This document shows, one piece after another, positions 20,084 through 30,994 of a stretch of 64,000 bases of DNA (its first letter is position 1; each line of letters opens with the position of its first letter). The DNA lies in the NCBI GenBank assembly GCA_965204745.1, contig OZ242010.1, positions 3,904,001 through 3,968,000 on the forward strand. The letters are read 5' to 3'. The stretch comes from Candidatus Latescibacterota bacterium (GTDB taxonomy: Bacteria > Latescibacterota > UBA2968). Made by a program: the position numbers and the translations under genes. The notes under the pieces were generated by a model. That model had not been told where the DNA came from. It saw only the letters and a list, made by a program, of their open reading frames with translations, and searched no databases.

Positions 20084-21174
20084 GGGGTCAAAACTCCTAG
20101 ATGCTGGTCGATCAAGGCTTTCGCCGAGTATGCCCGAGCGCGGGAAATCAATAGGCTTGGCGCGATGGGATTGTCCAAGGTGTCGTGCATTGCCTCTGCT
20201 AGCGCGTGCGAATCGCCAACGGGTACGAGGCGTCCCCACTTGCCGCCTTCCAGTATTTCCCGTGGACCGCTGGGACAATCCGTGCTGATCACGGGCGTTC
20301 CACATGCCATCGCTTCGATCAGCACAAGGCCCAATCCTTCGTACACGGATGATAGGACGAACGCTCTCGACTTGGCCATAAAGGCAAACGGGTTGATCTG
20401 AAACCCGGGGAAATCGACCGCGTGCGCGATTTCGAGGTTTCGAGCGAGATCTATTAGGTCGTGCCGCTCAGGCCCTTCGCCGAGCACGACCAAACGCGCT
20501 GGTCGAGACTTCGCCAACTCGGCAAAGGCCCTGATCAAAGTCGCATGGTCTTTCTGAGGCACGAGGCGTCCGGCCGCGAGGATTACCGGCACGTCTGGAT
20601 CGCCGAACCACGGATGTTTTACCGGTTGTCCCGCGTTTTCGGCATGGTCTGGCCATACACTGGGATAGGGAATGATCTGTATGAGATGCGAGATATTCGG
20701 CGCACTGCGCTTGAGATCGTCCGCAACCCCGTCCGAGCACGCGACGACTGCATTGGCGAATGGCAAGAGACGCCTTTCCAGCCTCAGTGCCAGCCGATCC
20801 TTGAAGCCGGCATTGGCATATTCCATCTGAAAATTATTCTCCCGCCGCGCCACCACGCAAAGTTGCTTGGCGAAGAGCTTCTTCACGATCAACGCGACCA
20901 CATTGGCATGGGGCAAAGTGGAAACGAGCGCGTCTGGGCACTCGCGCCGCAGGTATCGCAACAAAGGCAGAAGGCTCGTCAACGTGCGCCGCGCCTTCAA
21001 GTCTATCAGCCGCACGCCATCCGGCAACAACTCGAGGTATGGGCCTTTGGCCTGGACGAGCACCATATCCACGCACAGGCCGCGCTGGGCAAACCCTTTC
21101 GCCAGGTACAGCATAACGCGCTCTGCACCGCCGCCCTCGAGAGAGGGCAGGTATATCGCTATCCGGCGGCTCAT
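20077..21174 (-). CDS. GT4 glycosyltransferase
   Basis: GGGAER, GRLVPQKD, SSVYEGLGLVLIEAMACG. Confidence 0.9.
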   Translation of the reverse strand: MSRRIAIYLPSLEGGGAERVMLYLAKGFAQRGLCVDMVLVQAKGPYLELLPDGVRLIDLKARRTLTSLLPLLRYLRRECPDALVSTLPHANVVALIVKKLFAKQLCVVARRENNFQMEYANAGFKDRLALRLERRLLPFANAVVACSDGVADDLKRSAPNISHLIQIIPYPSVWPDHAENAGQPVKHPWFGDPDVPVILAAGRLVPQKDHATLIRAFAELAKSRPARLVVLGEGPERHDLIDLARNLEIAHAVDFPGFQINPFAFMAKSRAFVLSSVYEGLGLVLIEAMACGTPVISTDCPSGPREILEGGKWGRLVPVGDSHALAEAMHDTLDNPIAPSLLISRARAYSAKALIDQHLGVLTPC

Positions 21175-22304
21175 AACTCATTTCTCCCAATCATCGCCAT
21201 GAGTGCCTCTACATATCGCTCGGGCGCGTGATGAGAGACCACCCGGTGGTAGCTTTGATGCCCCATCTCCACCAATCGCTTGCGGTCACTCATTATTTTG
21301 TGCAGGCACGCCTCCAAATCGTCGGGGTCATCGCTGCGAAACACAAAGCCGTTCTCACCGGGGCGGATGTAGCACGAGGTGCCATTGGCATGGCTACACA
21401 CCACCGGAAGGGCGTGTGCCATGGCCTCAAGCGGCGAGATTGCCGCCCAATCTTCCCGAGTGGCGAGGACGAACACATCGTGCGAGGCGTAGCACTGCTG
21501 TACCTCGTGTAACGGCAGGTTGACCTCGAACGCAATCACATCATTTAGAGCCAAGCGCTCGCAGTGCTGTTTGAGGTTCTCCAACTCGTTGCGATGCTCG
21601 GCGGTGACGCATTCGCCAACGATTGTGGCGCGAATCGGATACTGCCGCGAAAGTCTGCAAATGGCATCGAGGAACAGGCGATGGTTCTTGCGCCGCTGAT
21701 ATTGGCCCACTGTCAGGATATTTACCGCGCCATCGGCAAACCATTGCTTATCCCTGGGCGCAGTCTGTGGCGGCATGACAAAGGGCACATAGCGCAACGG
21801 ATTACGCACCGGCATTTGCGGGTTGGGCACGCCGAGCACGGGCGTCATCCATTCGCCCCCGGCGACGCGCTGGAAAAGTGCGAGGATGGCGCGTTTCCAC
21901 CCCTTTAGCCGGCGGTGTTTTGGCGTCTGGATATAGAGAACCAACCGCGTGCCGATGAGCTTTGTCGCCAGCACGGCGAGCAGGCCATACGCATGGAAAG
22001 GGTCGCGCACGATCACGGCCGCTGGGCGCGATCTTCTCATCTCGCGCCAAAACTTGGGCACCGGCGGCATCCCCCCGGTATCATCGAGACTCGCACCGAG
22101 GCATTTTGCAGCCAAGCGACGCAGCATCTCAAAGGTCGGCGAGTACCCCAAAACAGTCGGGACTATGGCCTCATGCGTCTCGTTCTGATAGCGCCGCAAC
22201 ACCAGAAACGACACTTCATGCCCCGCTTCCAAAAGTGCCTTTATGGGGAAGTGCTGGTTCGTGTGGTAAATGGGGGCAGTGTACACCAAGTGCATGGTTT
22301 TCAT
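21171..22304 (-). CDS. GT4 glycosyltransferase
   Basis: VGQYQRRKN, FVLATREDWAAISPLEAMA. Confidence 0.8.
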   Translation of the reverse strand: MKTMHLVYTAPIYHTNQHFPIKALLEAGHEVSFLVLRRYQNETHEAIVPTVLGYSPTFEMLRRLAAKCLGASLDDTGGMPPVPKFWREMRRSRPAAVIVRDPFHAYGLLAVLATKLIGTRLVLYIQTPKHRRLKGWKRAILALFQRVAGGEWMTPVLGVPNPQMPVRNPLRYVPFVMPPQTAPRDKQWFADGAVNILTVGQYQRRKNHRLFLDAICRLSRQYPIRATIVGECVTAEHRNELENLKQHCERLALNDVIAFEVNLPLHEVQQCYASHDVFVLATREDWAAISPLEAMAHALPVVCSHANGTSCYIRPGENGFVFRSDDPDDLEACLHKIMSDRKRLVEMGHQSYHRVVSHHAPERYVEALMAMIGRNEL

Positions 22305-22331
22305 CTCGCATGTTTCGCAAAGACGGGCGCC

Positions 22332-24281
22332 TTACCCATCGCCAATGCGCCAAGTCTCGCGCCACAATTCAAACATCAGAATATTCCAGAGCTGATATTG
22401 CCAGTTGCGAATGCCGGATATGTGTTCGGCCCACGCCTTCCGGATCGGAACGGGATCGAAATACCCACCCTGTCGGAGTCGATCTTCGGCGAGCAAATCC
22501 TCGGCCCAATCGCGCAACGGGCCCCGAAGCCAGCGTTCTATCGGGATACCGAACCCCATTTTGGGGCGGTCGATGAGCCGCTGCGGGACATAGTTATCGA
22601 GCACCCGGCGCAACAACCATTTTCTTTTGCCATCGCGCACCTTCATCGCAGAGGGCAGGCGCCACACAAATTCGACGACGCGATGATCGAGCAGTGGAAC
22701 GCGCGCCTCAAGGCTCACCGCCATGCTGGCGCGGTCAATCTTGGTCAGGATATCGTCCGGGAGATAGGTCGCCATATCCAAGAATTGCATGCGATCCAGG
22801 AAGTTCGGAATGTCGCATCGAACAGTTGAATCCCAGAGGATTCCCCGCGGCTCTTGACCGCCGCGAACTACGCTGGCCGGATCTTCGCAGTGCGTGAGGA
22901 CCCGCCGGTAAAATGCCTCCTGATCCACCGTGCACAGAAGGCCAGCGACTGTGTGAATTTTGCTACCCACTGTCGGCGGTCTGAATGAGCGCGGCAGCAT
23001 CTGGAACGAGTGGTCCCACGCAGATGGTGTGAGAACGCGCAACACAGAAGCGAGCGCAACGCGCAATGGGCGCGGCCATTTTCCGCTCCATCGCCACAGG
23101 GCTTCCGCCTTAAAATAGTGATCGTAGCCCGCAAACAACTCGTCGCCGCCATCGCCAGACAACGCCACCGTCACATGGTGCCGGGCCATCTCTGCGACCA
23201 GATAGGTCGGAACTTGCGACATATCGGCGAACGGCTCGTCGAAAAAAGAGGCGAGTTGGGGCACCGCCGATAGGACGTGATCGGGTGTGACGTAGAGCTC
23301 GGTGTGATCCGTCCCCAGATGTTCGGCGACCCGTTTCGCGTGGTGTGCCTCGTTGTGGTCTTCATCGTAAGAGCCTATCGAAAACGACTTTACCGGCCGA
23401 CTGCTCTGGGCCTGCATCAATGCCAAGATCGTGGAACTGTCGATGCCACCAGAGAGAAAAGCACCGAGCGGCACGTCGGCGACCATTCGCTGTTTCACCG
23501 CGTCTCGCAAAAGACTATCGAGCGATTCTGCGGCGGTTACGTCGTCTGAGGTGGCGTGCTCGCGCACCCCGTCGCGTGCGACCGTTCGCAAATCCCAGTA
23601 GCGATGTCGCCTTTCCTTTCCCCGGCCGCTGATCTCGATCAGACAACCCGGCTCGACCTTTTCGATCCCCTTGAAGATAGCGTGCGGCGCGGGAACGTAT
23701 TGGTACCAGAGGTACGCGGCGAGCGCGTCCCTATCCACCACTGGGCACCATGCCGGATGATCGACGAATGCCTTGGGTTGAGAGCCAAAGAACAACACGC
23801 CGCCGCACCGGCCCCAATAGAGTGGCTTAATGCCCAGACGGTCGCGCACCAAGGTGAGGCATCGAGTCCGATTGTTCCAAAACGCGAACGCGAACATCCC
23901 GATGAACTTCGACACGGCCCGCTCTATGCCCCAGGCCTCGCACGCTTCGAGAACGACTTCTGTGTCAGAGCCGCCGCGAAACCGATGGTTTCTCCCCCTC
24001 TCGAGTTCGCGCTTGATCTCCGCAAAGTTGTACACCTCGCCGTTATAGGCGATCACCGAGTGTCCACTCGCCGAGACCATCGGCTGGTGCCCCGCCGCCG
24101 ACAGGTCGATGACCGAGAGGCGGCGTTGCCCGAGAGCCATACCCGCAGACGCCGAGACCCAAGTGCCGGCGTCATCCGGTCCGCGGCTTTTGAGACGGGC
24201 CGCCATGCGCGCTACGCGCTGTTCGAGCGCGTCTGCCCCAAGCGCGTTTGGCTCTCCGATAAATCCCACAAAGCCACACAT
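22332..24281 (-). CDS. asnB: Asparagine synthase-like glutamine amidotransferase (glycan amidation type)
   Basis: N-terminal MCG, RGPD, NGEVYN, LSGGIDS, SGDGGDELF, EARVP, KMGF. Confidence 0.9.
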   Translation of the reverse strand: MCGFVGFIGEPNALGADALEQRVARMAARLKSRGPDDAGTWVSASAGMALGQRRLSVIDLSAAGHQPMVSASGHSVIAYNGEVYNFAEIKRELERGRNHRFRGGSDTEVVLEACEAWGIERAVSKFIGMFAFAFWNNRTRCLTLVRDRLGIKPLYWGRCGGVLFFGSQPKAFVDHPAWCPVVDRDALAAYLWYQYVPAPHAIFKGIEKVEPGCLIEISGRGKERRHRYWDLRTVARDGVREHATSDDVTAAESLDSLLRDAVKQRMVADVPLGAFLSGGIDSSTILALMQAQSSRPVKSFSIGSYDEDHNEAHHAKRVAEHLGTDHTELYVTPDHVLSAVPQLASFFDEPFADMSQVPTYLVAEMARHHVTVALSGDGGDELFAGYDHYFKAEALWRWSGKWPRPLRVALASVLRVLTPSAWDHSFQMLPRSFRPPTVGSKIHTVAGLLCTVDQEAFYRRVLTHCEDPASVVRGGQEPRGILWDSTVRCDIPNFLDRMQFLDMATYLPDDILTKIDRASMAVSLEARVPLLDHRVVEFVWRLPSAMKVRDGKRKWLLRRVLDNYVPQRLIDRPKMGFGIPIERWLRGPLRDWAEDLLAEDRLRQGGYFDPVPIRKAWAEHISGIRNWQYQLWNILMFELWRETWRIGDG

Positions 24282-24390
24282 AGCGTCCCTTTCACGTTGC
24301 CAAAATCAGCCAAAAATCTCAAGATTCGGAATACCCCACGCGCTGATACAGTGCGATATATTCCTCGACGATGCGAGAAATCGAATAGCG

Positions 24391-25698
24391 CTATAACTGA
24401 TAACTCCGTCTAAGTATCGAGACGATAAAGGGGGTTAAAACGACGACCTCGACCAAAAAGTATGTCGTATTGGCCCAGGCTGCACCCGCCGCGCCATAGA
24501 GCGGCACCAACCACACGATGGCGACAACAGAAGCCACGATCCCCGCTGTGGTCGATGCCAGTAGGGGCCAAAAGCGTCCGCTTGCCACAGGCAGTACACC
24601 GAGCACGAAAGAACTGGTCGCAACAAATGATCCGGGAATCATAATTGACAACAGCGGGGCAGCACCTGAGAACTCGGTGCCCAAGATGAACTGGATTATG
24701 GGTTCTCGAAACGCGCCGAGCAACCCAAATCCCACGACAGCGAATGCGATTGCCAAAAGGGTGAAGCGGAGAACCGTGCGGCGTAATGCCGCGCCTTGAC
24801 GCGAGTACCATTGCCTGCTAAATTCGGGTTGCGTGCTTTGCCTGAGTGGCTCAAACGGCCGGGTTGCCGTGTCGATAATCTGTCGCGCTACACGGTATAG
24901 CCCAACATCGGCGGCACTTGCGAGTTGCGCTAGTAAAATGACGTCTAGATTCTCAGCCAACGCCCATAAACTCGTTCTGCTGAAAATCCCCATGTGGAAT
25001 CGCACCACATCCGGCGGAACTTTGACCGAGAACGAACAGAGGAGAGCCGTCATGCCCGCCCGCCGCACAGACATCGTTGCGACAGCGAACATCACCACGC
25101 CATTCACCACGCCGGCGGTGACATAAGCCATGACGACCTCAATCAACCCACCATCCGTCAACCATGCGATTATGAGCAGGGCAACACGGGTCAGCGTGGT
25201 TGCGATGATAACGATCAATCCCAAAGACACGCGGTCAGCCAACCGCAACACCGCCATCGTCCCTGATTGCGTCGCCCTCAAAATGCCCACGACCCCAAAT
25301 AGGAGCACCGCGTCCGCGTGGACTTGGGCAATCCCCAGCAAGCCGCTTCCCGCAAGCGCGAGGCCAGCGATGAGAGCGTAAGCCACGAGCGATAACCCAA
25401 AAGATGCGACCAGCGCGAAACGCAAGATGCGAGACGCTTCCTCCGTGCGTCCTTCGGCCACGGCCCGCGTTGCGAACGTGGTCACTGTATCGCCGCCCGG
25501 CATTGAGAGCAGGCCATGAATCAATGTGGTAACGGCCATGATAACGGCCAGAACTCCAAAGCCTTCCGGACCGAGAATCCTTGCGGACAAGGACACCTGC
25601 GTCAGACCGCCAAGGAGTTGAACCCCTGTTATCGCGCCCATCCAAAGGCTTTGCCGCGCCACGCGACGGTCTGAGGTGAGGTCAAGGCTCATGGGCAT
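24391..25698 (-). CDS. Wzx-like oligosaccharide flippase
   Basis: About 12 TMs, ARILGPEGFG, VGLY, PLYGAAGAA; first gene of the glycan cluster. Confidence 0.75.
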   Translation of the reverse strand: MPMSLDLTSDRRVARQSLWMGAITGVQLLGGLTQVSLSARILGPEGFGVLAVIMAVTTLIHGLLSMPGGDTVTTFATRAVAEGRTEEASRILRFALVASFGLSLVAYALIAGLALAGSGLLGIAQVHADAVLLFGVVGILRATQSGTMAVLRLADRVSLGLIVIIATTLTRVALLIIAWLTDGGLIEVVMAYVTAGVVNGVVMFAVATMSVRRAGMTALLCSFSVKVPPDVVRFHMGIFSRTSLWALAENLDVILLAQLASAADVGLYRVARQIIDTATRPFEPLRQSTQPEFSRQWYSRQGAALRRTVLRFTLLAIAFAVVGFGLLGAFREPIIQFILGTEFSGAAPLLSIMIPGSFVATSSFVLGVLPVASGRFWPLLASTTAGIVASVVAIVWLVPLYGAAGAAWANTTYFLVEVVVLTPFIVSILRRSYQL

Positions 25699-25915
25699 TG
25701 GCAAGCGGGAAAAAGGCGGCGCGCATATTCGCTCTGCGAGCTAAGAGACATTCGGTTAAAAATCAAAACACTTCAGCCGTGAAACCAGTTCAATATAAAA
25801 AAAATGAAACTATTGTGAACCTAAATTTTCTTTGCGATATGTTTTCGTATTGACACACGCAATTTCTGTCTGTAAGTATATCGGGAAAAACAGCGTTTAG
25901 CCATCCGCATTTCGT

Positions 25916-26017
25916 CCCCGTACTCGCCCAAAGAGGTAAGAGGTAAGAGGTGGTAGCGGGGTTGGGCTTCTTGCGTCTGCCCTCTTACGTCTCCCGTCTC
26001 ACGCCTTCCTTACGCCT
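25916..26017. repeat. Half REP plus inverted B-type heptamer tracts
   Basis: CCCCGTACTCGCCC, (AAGAGGT)x3, GGGGTTGGGC linker, then TCTTGCG/TCTTACG/TCTCCCG/TCTCACG. Confidence 0.75.
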
Positions 26018-26033
26018 TTAATTGGAGTTTTTC

Positions 26034-27341
26034 ATGCCAAAAACAGATACGCGCCCCAACATCCTCTTCTTTTTTCCGGACCAACTGCGCTTTGATTGGA
26101 CGGGTAGCAATCCGGACCTGCCATTGCGAACGCCCCATCTGGATCGCTTGCAAAAAAACGGGATGAATTTTCCCAAAACCGTCTGCCCGGCCCCCGTGTG
26201 CGCGCCGAGTCGCGCTTGCCTCGCCGCAGGCACGGAATACGACCAGTGCCCGGTCAAGGGAAATAGCGACGATTATCCCACGGACCGCGCCACGCTTTAC
26301 AGCATGCTCCGCGACTACCACGCGATGGGATGCGGCAAATTCGATCTCAACAAAGGCACTTGCACCTCCAACCTGCCCGCATGGGGCCTGGATGGCAAAC
26401 GACACCTGCGCGAATGGGGATTTTCAGACGGCATCAACAACGAAGGCAAAATCGACGGCGCGAACTGCGGGCGCGACAAACCCCAAGGCCCGTATTTGCA
26501 ATTCCTCGAAGAGCGCGGCCTGCGCCATATCCACCTCGCCGACTTTGCCAACCGCAAAGGCAAACGAGCCACATTTGCCACCCCCCTGCCAGACGATGCG
26601 TATTGCGACAACTGGATCGGGCAAAACGGGCTAGACCTCATCCGTTCAGCACCTGCGGACAAACCCTGGTTTCTTCAGATCAATTTCAACGGCCCGCACG
26701 CGCCGTGGGACATCACGGAAACCATGGAAAAGCTCTACGCAGGGGTCGATTTCCCGCAGCCGAATCGCAACGACCAACTCGCGCCCGCCGAACATGTCGA
26801 AATCCGTCGCAATTACGCCGCGATGATCGAAAACATCGACCACTGGGTCGGTCGCTATTTAGACCTGCTCAAAGATCGGGATGAGTTGGACAATACCCTC
26901 ATCGTCTTTTCGTCTGATCACGGCGAAATGCTCGGCGACCACAATGCATGGGGCAAGGGCAAACCCCTGCATCCGTCTGTTAGCGTGCCTCTCGTCATCG
27001 CGGGGCCGGGCGTGCAACAGGGGATCACCTGCGACCTGCCTATGACCAATCTGGACTTGACCGCCACCTTTCTCGACTACGCGGCCTTGGATATTCCCAA
27101 GGACATGGACAGCCGCTCCCTCCGCAACCTCCTCGAAGGCGCGACCCGCACGCATCGAGACATCGTCCTGTCCGGCCTGGGCAACTGGCGCATGGCTTAT
27201 GACGGTCACTACAAATACATCGAGGGCTTCGGCGACACGCCCCAACTCTTTGACCTCGACGCGGACCCGCTCGAAAACCACAACCGAATCGCGGACCCAA
27301 GCGTCTCGGATCACGCCGCACGATTGAAGGCGGAATTGTGA
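26034..27341 (+). CDS. Sulfatase (formylglycine type)
   Basis: PNILFFFPDQ, CAPSR, GKFD, SDHGEMLGDH. Confidence 0.9.
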   Translation: MPKTDTRPNILFFFPDQLRFDWTGSNPDLPLRTPHLDRLQKNGMNFPKTVCPAPVCAPSRACLAAGTEYDQCPVKGNSDDYPTDRATLYSMLRDYHAMGCGKFDLNKGTCTSNLPAWGLDGKRHLREWGFSDGINNEGKIDGANCGRDKPQGPYLQFLEERGLRHIHLADFANRKGKRATFATPLPDDAYCDNWIGQNGLDLIRSAPADKPWFLQINFNGPHAPWDITETMEKLYAGVDFPQPNRNDQLAPAEHVEIRRNYAAMIENIDHWVGRYLDLLKDRDELDNTLIVFSSDHGEMLGDHNAWGKGKPLHPSVSVPLVIAGPGVQQGITCDLPMTNLDLTATFLDYAALDIPKDMDSRSLRNLLEGATRTHRDIVLSGLGNWRMAYDGHYKYIEGFGDTPQLFDLDADPLENHNRIADPSVSDHAARLKAEL

Positions 27342-27378
27342 AGTATAGACTGACCGCTTGTGGACAGGTGCAGGGTGG

Positions 27379-27548
27379 ACTGGCTACTGATCACTGACAA
27401 CTGACTCCCCCCTTGTATCTTTGGGCGAACTTGCTTCCGCCCAGGCGTAGCCAACGCAGGCGTCTAGTGACTTTGGGGCAATGCGGTTGGGCGGCCCTCT
27501 CACTTCTCACCTCTCACTTCTCACCTCTTACCTCTTACCTCTTACCTC
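27379..27548 (+). repeat. A-type tract (27379-27406) and B-type tract (27497-27548) running into the mnmG ATG
   Basis: ACTGGCT ACTGATC ACTGACA ACTGACT; GGTTGGGCGG then TCTCACT/TCTCACC/TCTTACC repeats. Confidence 0.9.
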
Positions 27549-29420
27549 ATGTGGACTTACACCAAAAAATACGATGTCATTGTCGTTGGCGGCGGGCATG
27601 CGGGCGTGGAAGCCGCGCTGGCTTCTGCGCGCATGGGATGTGAAACCCTGTTGCTGACCATGAACCTCGACACCATCGCGCAAATGTCGTGCAACCCGGC
27701 CATTGGCGGCATTGCAAAGGGCCACATGGTGCGCGAAATCGACGCGTTGGGCGGTGAAATGGCCCGCAACATCGACGCTACGGGCCTGCAATTTCGCATG
27801 CTCAATCAGCGCAGGGGGCCGGCCGTGCAAGCCCCGCGCGCGCAAGCGGACAAAAAAGCCTATCAGTTTCGGATGAAAGAAGTGCTGGAAACCCAACCGC
27901 ATCTCGACGTCAAACAGGGCTTGCTCGAAGACCTCATCGTCAAAAACAGACGCCTCGAGGCCGTGGTCACCAAAGCCAAAACGATCTTTGCCGGCAAGAC
28001 CGCGATCCTGACCACGGGCACGTTTCTCAAGGGCCTCATCCACGTCGGCGACTTTTCGTACAGCGCGGGGCGCGCAGGCGAGCAAGCCGCAGACAAAGCG
28101 TCCGATGGCCTGTCGCAACTCGGGTTTGAACTCGGGCGCCTCAAAACCGGCACCCCGCCTCGCGTCAATGCGCGCAGCATCGACTTTGCCGCGTGCGAGG
28201 AACAACCCGGGGACGCGCACCCGCGGCCCTTTTCCTATCAGACGGACCGCATCGCGCAAGAACAACTGAGTTGTTATCTGACCACCACCACGCGAGAAAC
28301 GCACGACATCATCCGCGCCGACCTGGATCGCTCGGCCATGTACAGCGGGCGCATCCGAGGCGTGGGCCCGCGGTATTGCCCGTCTATCGAGGACAAAATC
28401 GTGCGCTTCCCGGACAAGGAAGGGCATCAAATTTTCCTCGAACCGGAGGGGTATCACACCCGTGAGGTCTATCTCAATGGCCTGTCCATGAGCCTGCCCG
28501 AAGACGTGCAACTCCGCGTCGTCCGCAACATCCCCGGCCTCGAGCGCGCCGAGATCATGCGCCCGGCCTACGCGGTGGAATACGACTATGTGCCCCCCAC
28601 GCAAATCCATCCCACGCTGGAAACCAAACCCATTGCCGGCCTGTTTTTTGCCGGGCAGATCAACGGCACGACCGGGTACGAAGAAGCCGCGGGCCAAGGG
28701 CTGATGGCCGGCATCAACGCGGCCTTGCGCGCACGGGGGGAGGACGCCGTGATCTTGGATCGCTCGCAGGCGTACATCGGCGTGTTGATCGACGACCTCG
28801 TCACCAAGGGCACGGAAGAACCCTATCGCATGTTCACCTCATTGGCGGAATATCGCTTGCTCTTGCGGCAGGACAACGCGGACTTGCGCCTGTGCGAACT
28901 CGCCCGAAAAATCGGCCTGCTCTCGGACGCGATGTACGCGCGCTTTTGCAACCGCAAACGCCAAATCCACGCGGAAATCGCCCGCCTGCGATCCACGCGC
29001 CTGGCCCCCAATGACGCGGTTCAAACCGCCCTCAAGGCATTCCAGTCCTCGCCCTTGAGCCGCGCGGCAACGCTCGCCGAACTCTTGCGCCGCCCGGAAT
29101 TGTCCTACGACATCGTCACGCAACTCGCCCCCGCAGGCGAACCCCTGCCCGAAGACGTGTGCGAATCCGTGGAAATCGAGCTCAAATACGAGGGCTACAT
29201 CGACCGCCAGGAAGACCAAGTCCAGCGCTTTCGCAACTTGGAAAAAAAATTCATCCCAAACGACTTTGACTACGCCGGCATCCCGGCCATGCGAAACGAG
29301 GCCCTTGAAAAATTCGCCCGCATCAAGCCCCGATCCCTAGGCCAAGCATCCCGCATCCCCGGCATTTCTCCGTCCGACATCTCCCTGCTGATGATCATGC
29401 TCAAAAAACAGGGGCGATAG
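27549..29420 (+). CDS. mnmG: tRNA uridine 5-carboxymethylaminomethyl modification enzyme
   Basis: [48 protein letters not shown]. Confidence 0.97.
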   Translation: MWTYTKKYDVIVVGGGHAGVEAALASARMGCETLLLTMNLDTIAQMSCNPAIGGIAKGHMVREIDALGGEMARNIDATGLQFRMLNQRRGPAVQAPRAQADKKAYQFRMKEVLETQPHLDVKQGLLEDLIVKNRRLEAVVTKAKTIFAGKTAILTTGTFLKGLIHVGDFSYSAGRAGEQAADKASDGLSQLGFELGRLKTGTPPRVNARSIDFAACEEQPGDAHPRPFSYQTDRIAQEQLSCYLTTTTRETHDIIRADLDRSAMYSGRIRGVGPRYCPSIEDKIVRFPDKEGHQIFLEPEGYHTREVYLNGLSMSLPEDVQLRVVRNIPGLERAEIMRPAYAVEYDYVPPTQIHPTLETKPIAGLFFAGQINGTTGYEEAAGQGLMAGINAALRARGEDAVILDRSQAYIGVLIDDLVTKGTEEPYRMFTSLAEYRLLLRQDNADLRLCELARKIGLLSDAMYARFCNRKRQIHAEIARLRSTRLAPNDAVQTALKAFQSSPLSRAATLAELLRRPELSYDIVTQLAPAGEPLPEDVCESVEIELKYEGYIDRQEDQVQRFRNLEKKFIPNDFDYAGIPAMRNEALEKFARIKPRSLGQASRIPGISPSDISLLMIMLKKQGR

Positions 29421-29438
29421 CTTTCACCGAGGTCCGCC

Positions 29439-29894
29439 ATGGGCAACGTCAAAATCATCACCCAAAACCGCAAAGCGCGGCGCGACTACCACATCCTCAA
29501 CACGTACGAAGCGGGCCTGCAACTGCGCGGCACAGAAGTCAAAGCCCTGCGCGAGGGGCGGGCCAACCTCAAAGACGGCTTTGCGCGCATCGAGGATGGG
29601 GAAGCGTATTTGCACAACATCCACATCGGCGAATACGCCCAGGGCAACCAGTTCAACCACGAACCCGAGCGCGCACGCAAGTTGTTGCTCCACCGGCATG
29701 AAATCAATCGCCTGTGGGGGCAAGCCAATGAAAAGGGTTACACCCTCGTTCCCCTCAAACTCTATTTCAAACGCGGCAAAGCCAAAGTCGAACTCGGCGT
29801 GGCACGCGGCAAAAAGCAATTTGACAAACGCCGCGACATCGCCCGCCGAGACGCCCAACGCGAAGTCGAACAAGCCCTCAAACGAAACCGATGA
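29439..29894 (+). CDS. smpB: SsrA-binding protein
   Basis: [37 protein letters not shown]. Confidence 0.97.
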   Translation: MGNVKIITQNRKARRDYHILNTYEAGLQLRGTEVKALREGRANLKDGFARIEDGEAYLHNIHIGEYAQGNQFNHEPERARKLLLHRHEINRLWGQANEKGYTLVPLKLYFKRGKAKVELGVARGKKQFDKRRDIARRDAQREVEQALKRNR

Positions 29895-30751
29895 CCAACA
29901 ACACCCCACGAGCGCATCGCATCCTCCTGCCGCCCAATGACCTCGGCTATGCTTACGACCCTCGCGTTGAAGTCGGGCTTCACGGCGAGATCAAATTGTC
30001 GCCCCAAGTGCTCAGCCACTGCCAATGCGGCGGCAAATCGCCATTTATGGTCATGGATCCCCAGCTCGGCGAACCCGTGTGGTGCGCGTGTTATCCCTTT
30101 CGCATGAAGAAGTACCACATCGACAAATACATCCAAAAATCCGGCATTCCCGCGCCCTTTCGCTTCAAGTTTTCCCAAGACTTCAAAGAGCACTACGACG
30201 ACGGGCAACCCATCCCGGGCGCGCGCTTGCTCAAATCCTATTTCAGCACGTTGGTCGATAATATCAACCGAAAAAAAACATCGATCAAAGGCTTCTACTT
30301 GTGGGGCGAGCCAGGGCGTGGCAAAACCTTTTTCGCCTACATCTTGCTCAACGAACTCATCTTCCGATTTGTCAGACCCGGCAAATTCATCTCCCTCTCA
30401 AAGAGTTTTCACGAACTCCGACACACCTTTGACGAAGGCAGCGAAACCCAAGGCCAGGCCATGCCGATGATCGACATGTTGAGCAATGTGCCCTTCCTCG
30501 TCATCGACGACTTTGGCGTTCAGCGCAACACCGAATGGGAAATGGAAATCCTCTACAACCTCATCGACGCCCGATACGCCAACCAACGCCTGACCTTTAT
30601 CACCACCAACCAAAAGGTCAACGACCTCAAAGACCTCGCCCAAGGGCGCATCTATTCCCGCTTGCTCGAAATGTGCCACATCATCGAAGTCAAAGGCCAC
30701 GACTTCCGCGAACTCGGCAACCCCGAAGACAAATGGATCAGTTTGCGGTGA
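29891..30751 (+). CDS. DnaC/IstB-like AAA+ ATPase
   Basis: CxC..CxC, Walker A GEPGRGKT, Walker [21 protein letters not shown]. Confidence 0.8.
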   Translation: MTNNTPRAHRILLPPNDLGYAYDPRVEVGLHGEIKLSPQVLSHCQCGGKSPFMVMDPQLGEPVWCACYPFRMKKYHIDKYIQKSGIPAPFRFKFSQDFKEHYDDGQPIPGARLLKSYFSTLVDNINRKKTSIKGFYLWGEPGRGKTFFAYILLNELIFRFVRPGKFISLSKSFHELRHTFDEGSETQGQAMPMIDMLSNVPFLVIDDFGVQRNTEWEMEILYNLIDARYANQRLTFITTNQKVNDLKDLAQGRIYSRLLEMCHIIEVKGHDFRELGNPEDKWISLR

Positions 30752-30930
30752 GGGGAGAGGGGAGAGGGGAGAGGCAAGAGGTGAAAAGCGAGACGCAAGA
30801 GGGGAGAGGGAAGAGGTGAAAGGCGAAAAGCGAAACGCAACACGGATGAACGCGGACGAAAGGCGAGCGGGGATGGGGACGCACATGGCGGGGCAGGGTA
30901 GCGGAAGGGATCGCACGGGTGGTTGGGTGG
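30751..30930 (+). repeat. Purine-strand B heptamer array plus 76-bp direct repeat copy 1 (30855-30930)
   Basis: AGGGGAG/AGGCAAG/AGGTGAA units; the 76 bp matches 33570-33645 at 75/76 positions. Confidence 0.9.
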
Positions 30931-30994
30931 AAAGGCAGGGCACGCACACGGCGGGGTGGGGTAGTGGAGAGAATCGCATTGGGAGGCTTAGGCC

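Noticed and set aside
25850-25882. Sigma70 promoter for the sulfatase
   Set aside because: TTGACA is present but there is no convincing -10 at 16-18 nt spacing, so it was not called.
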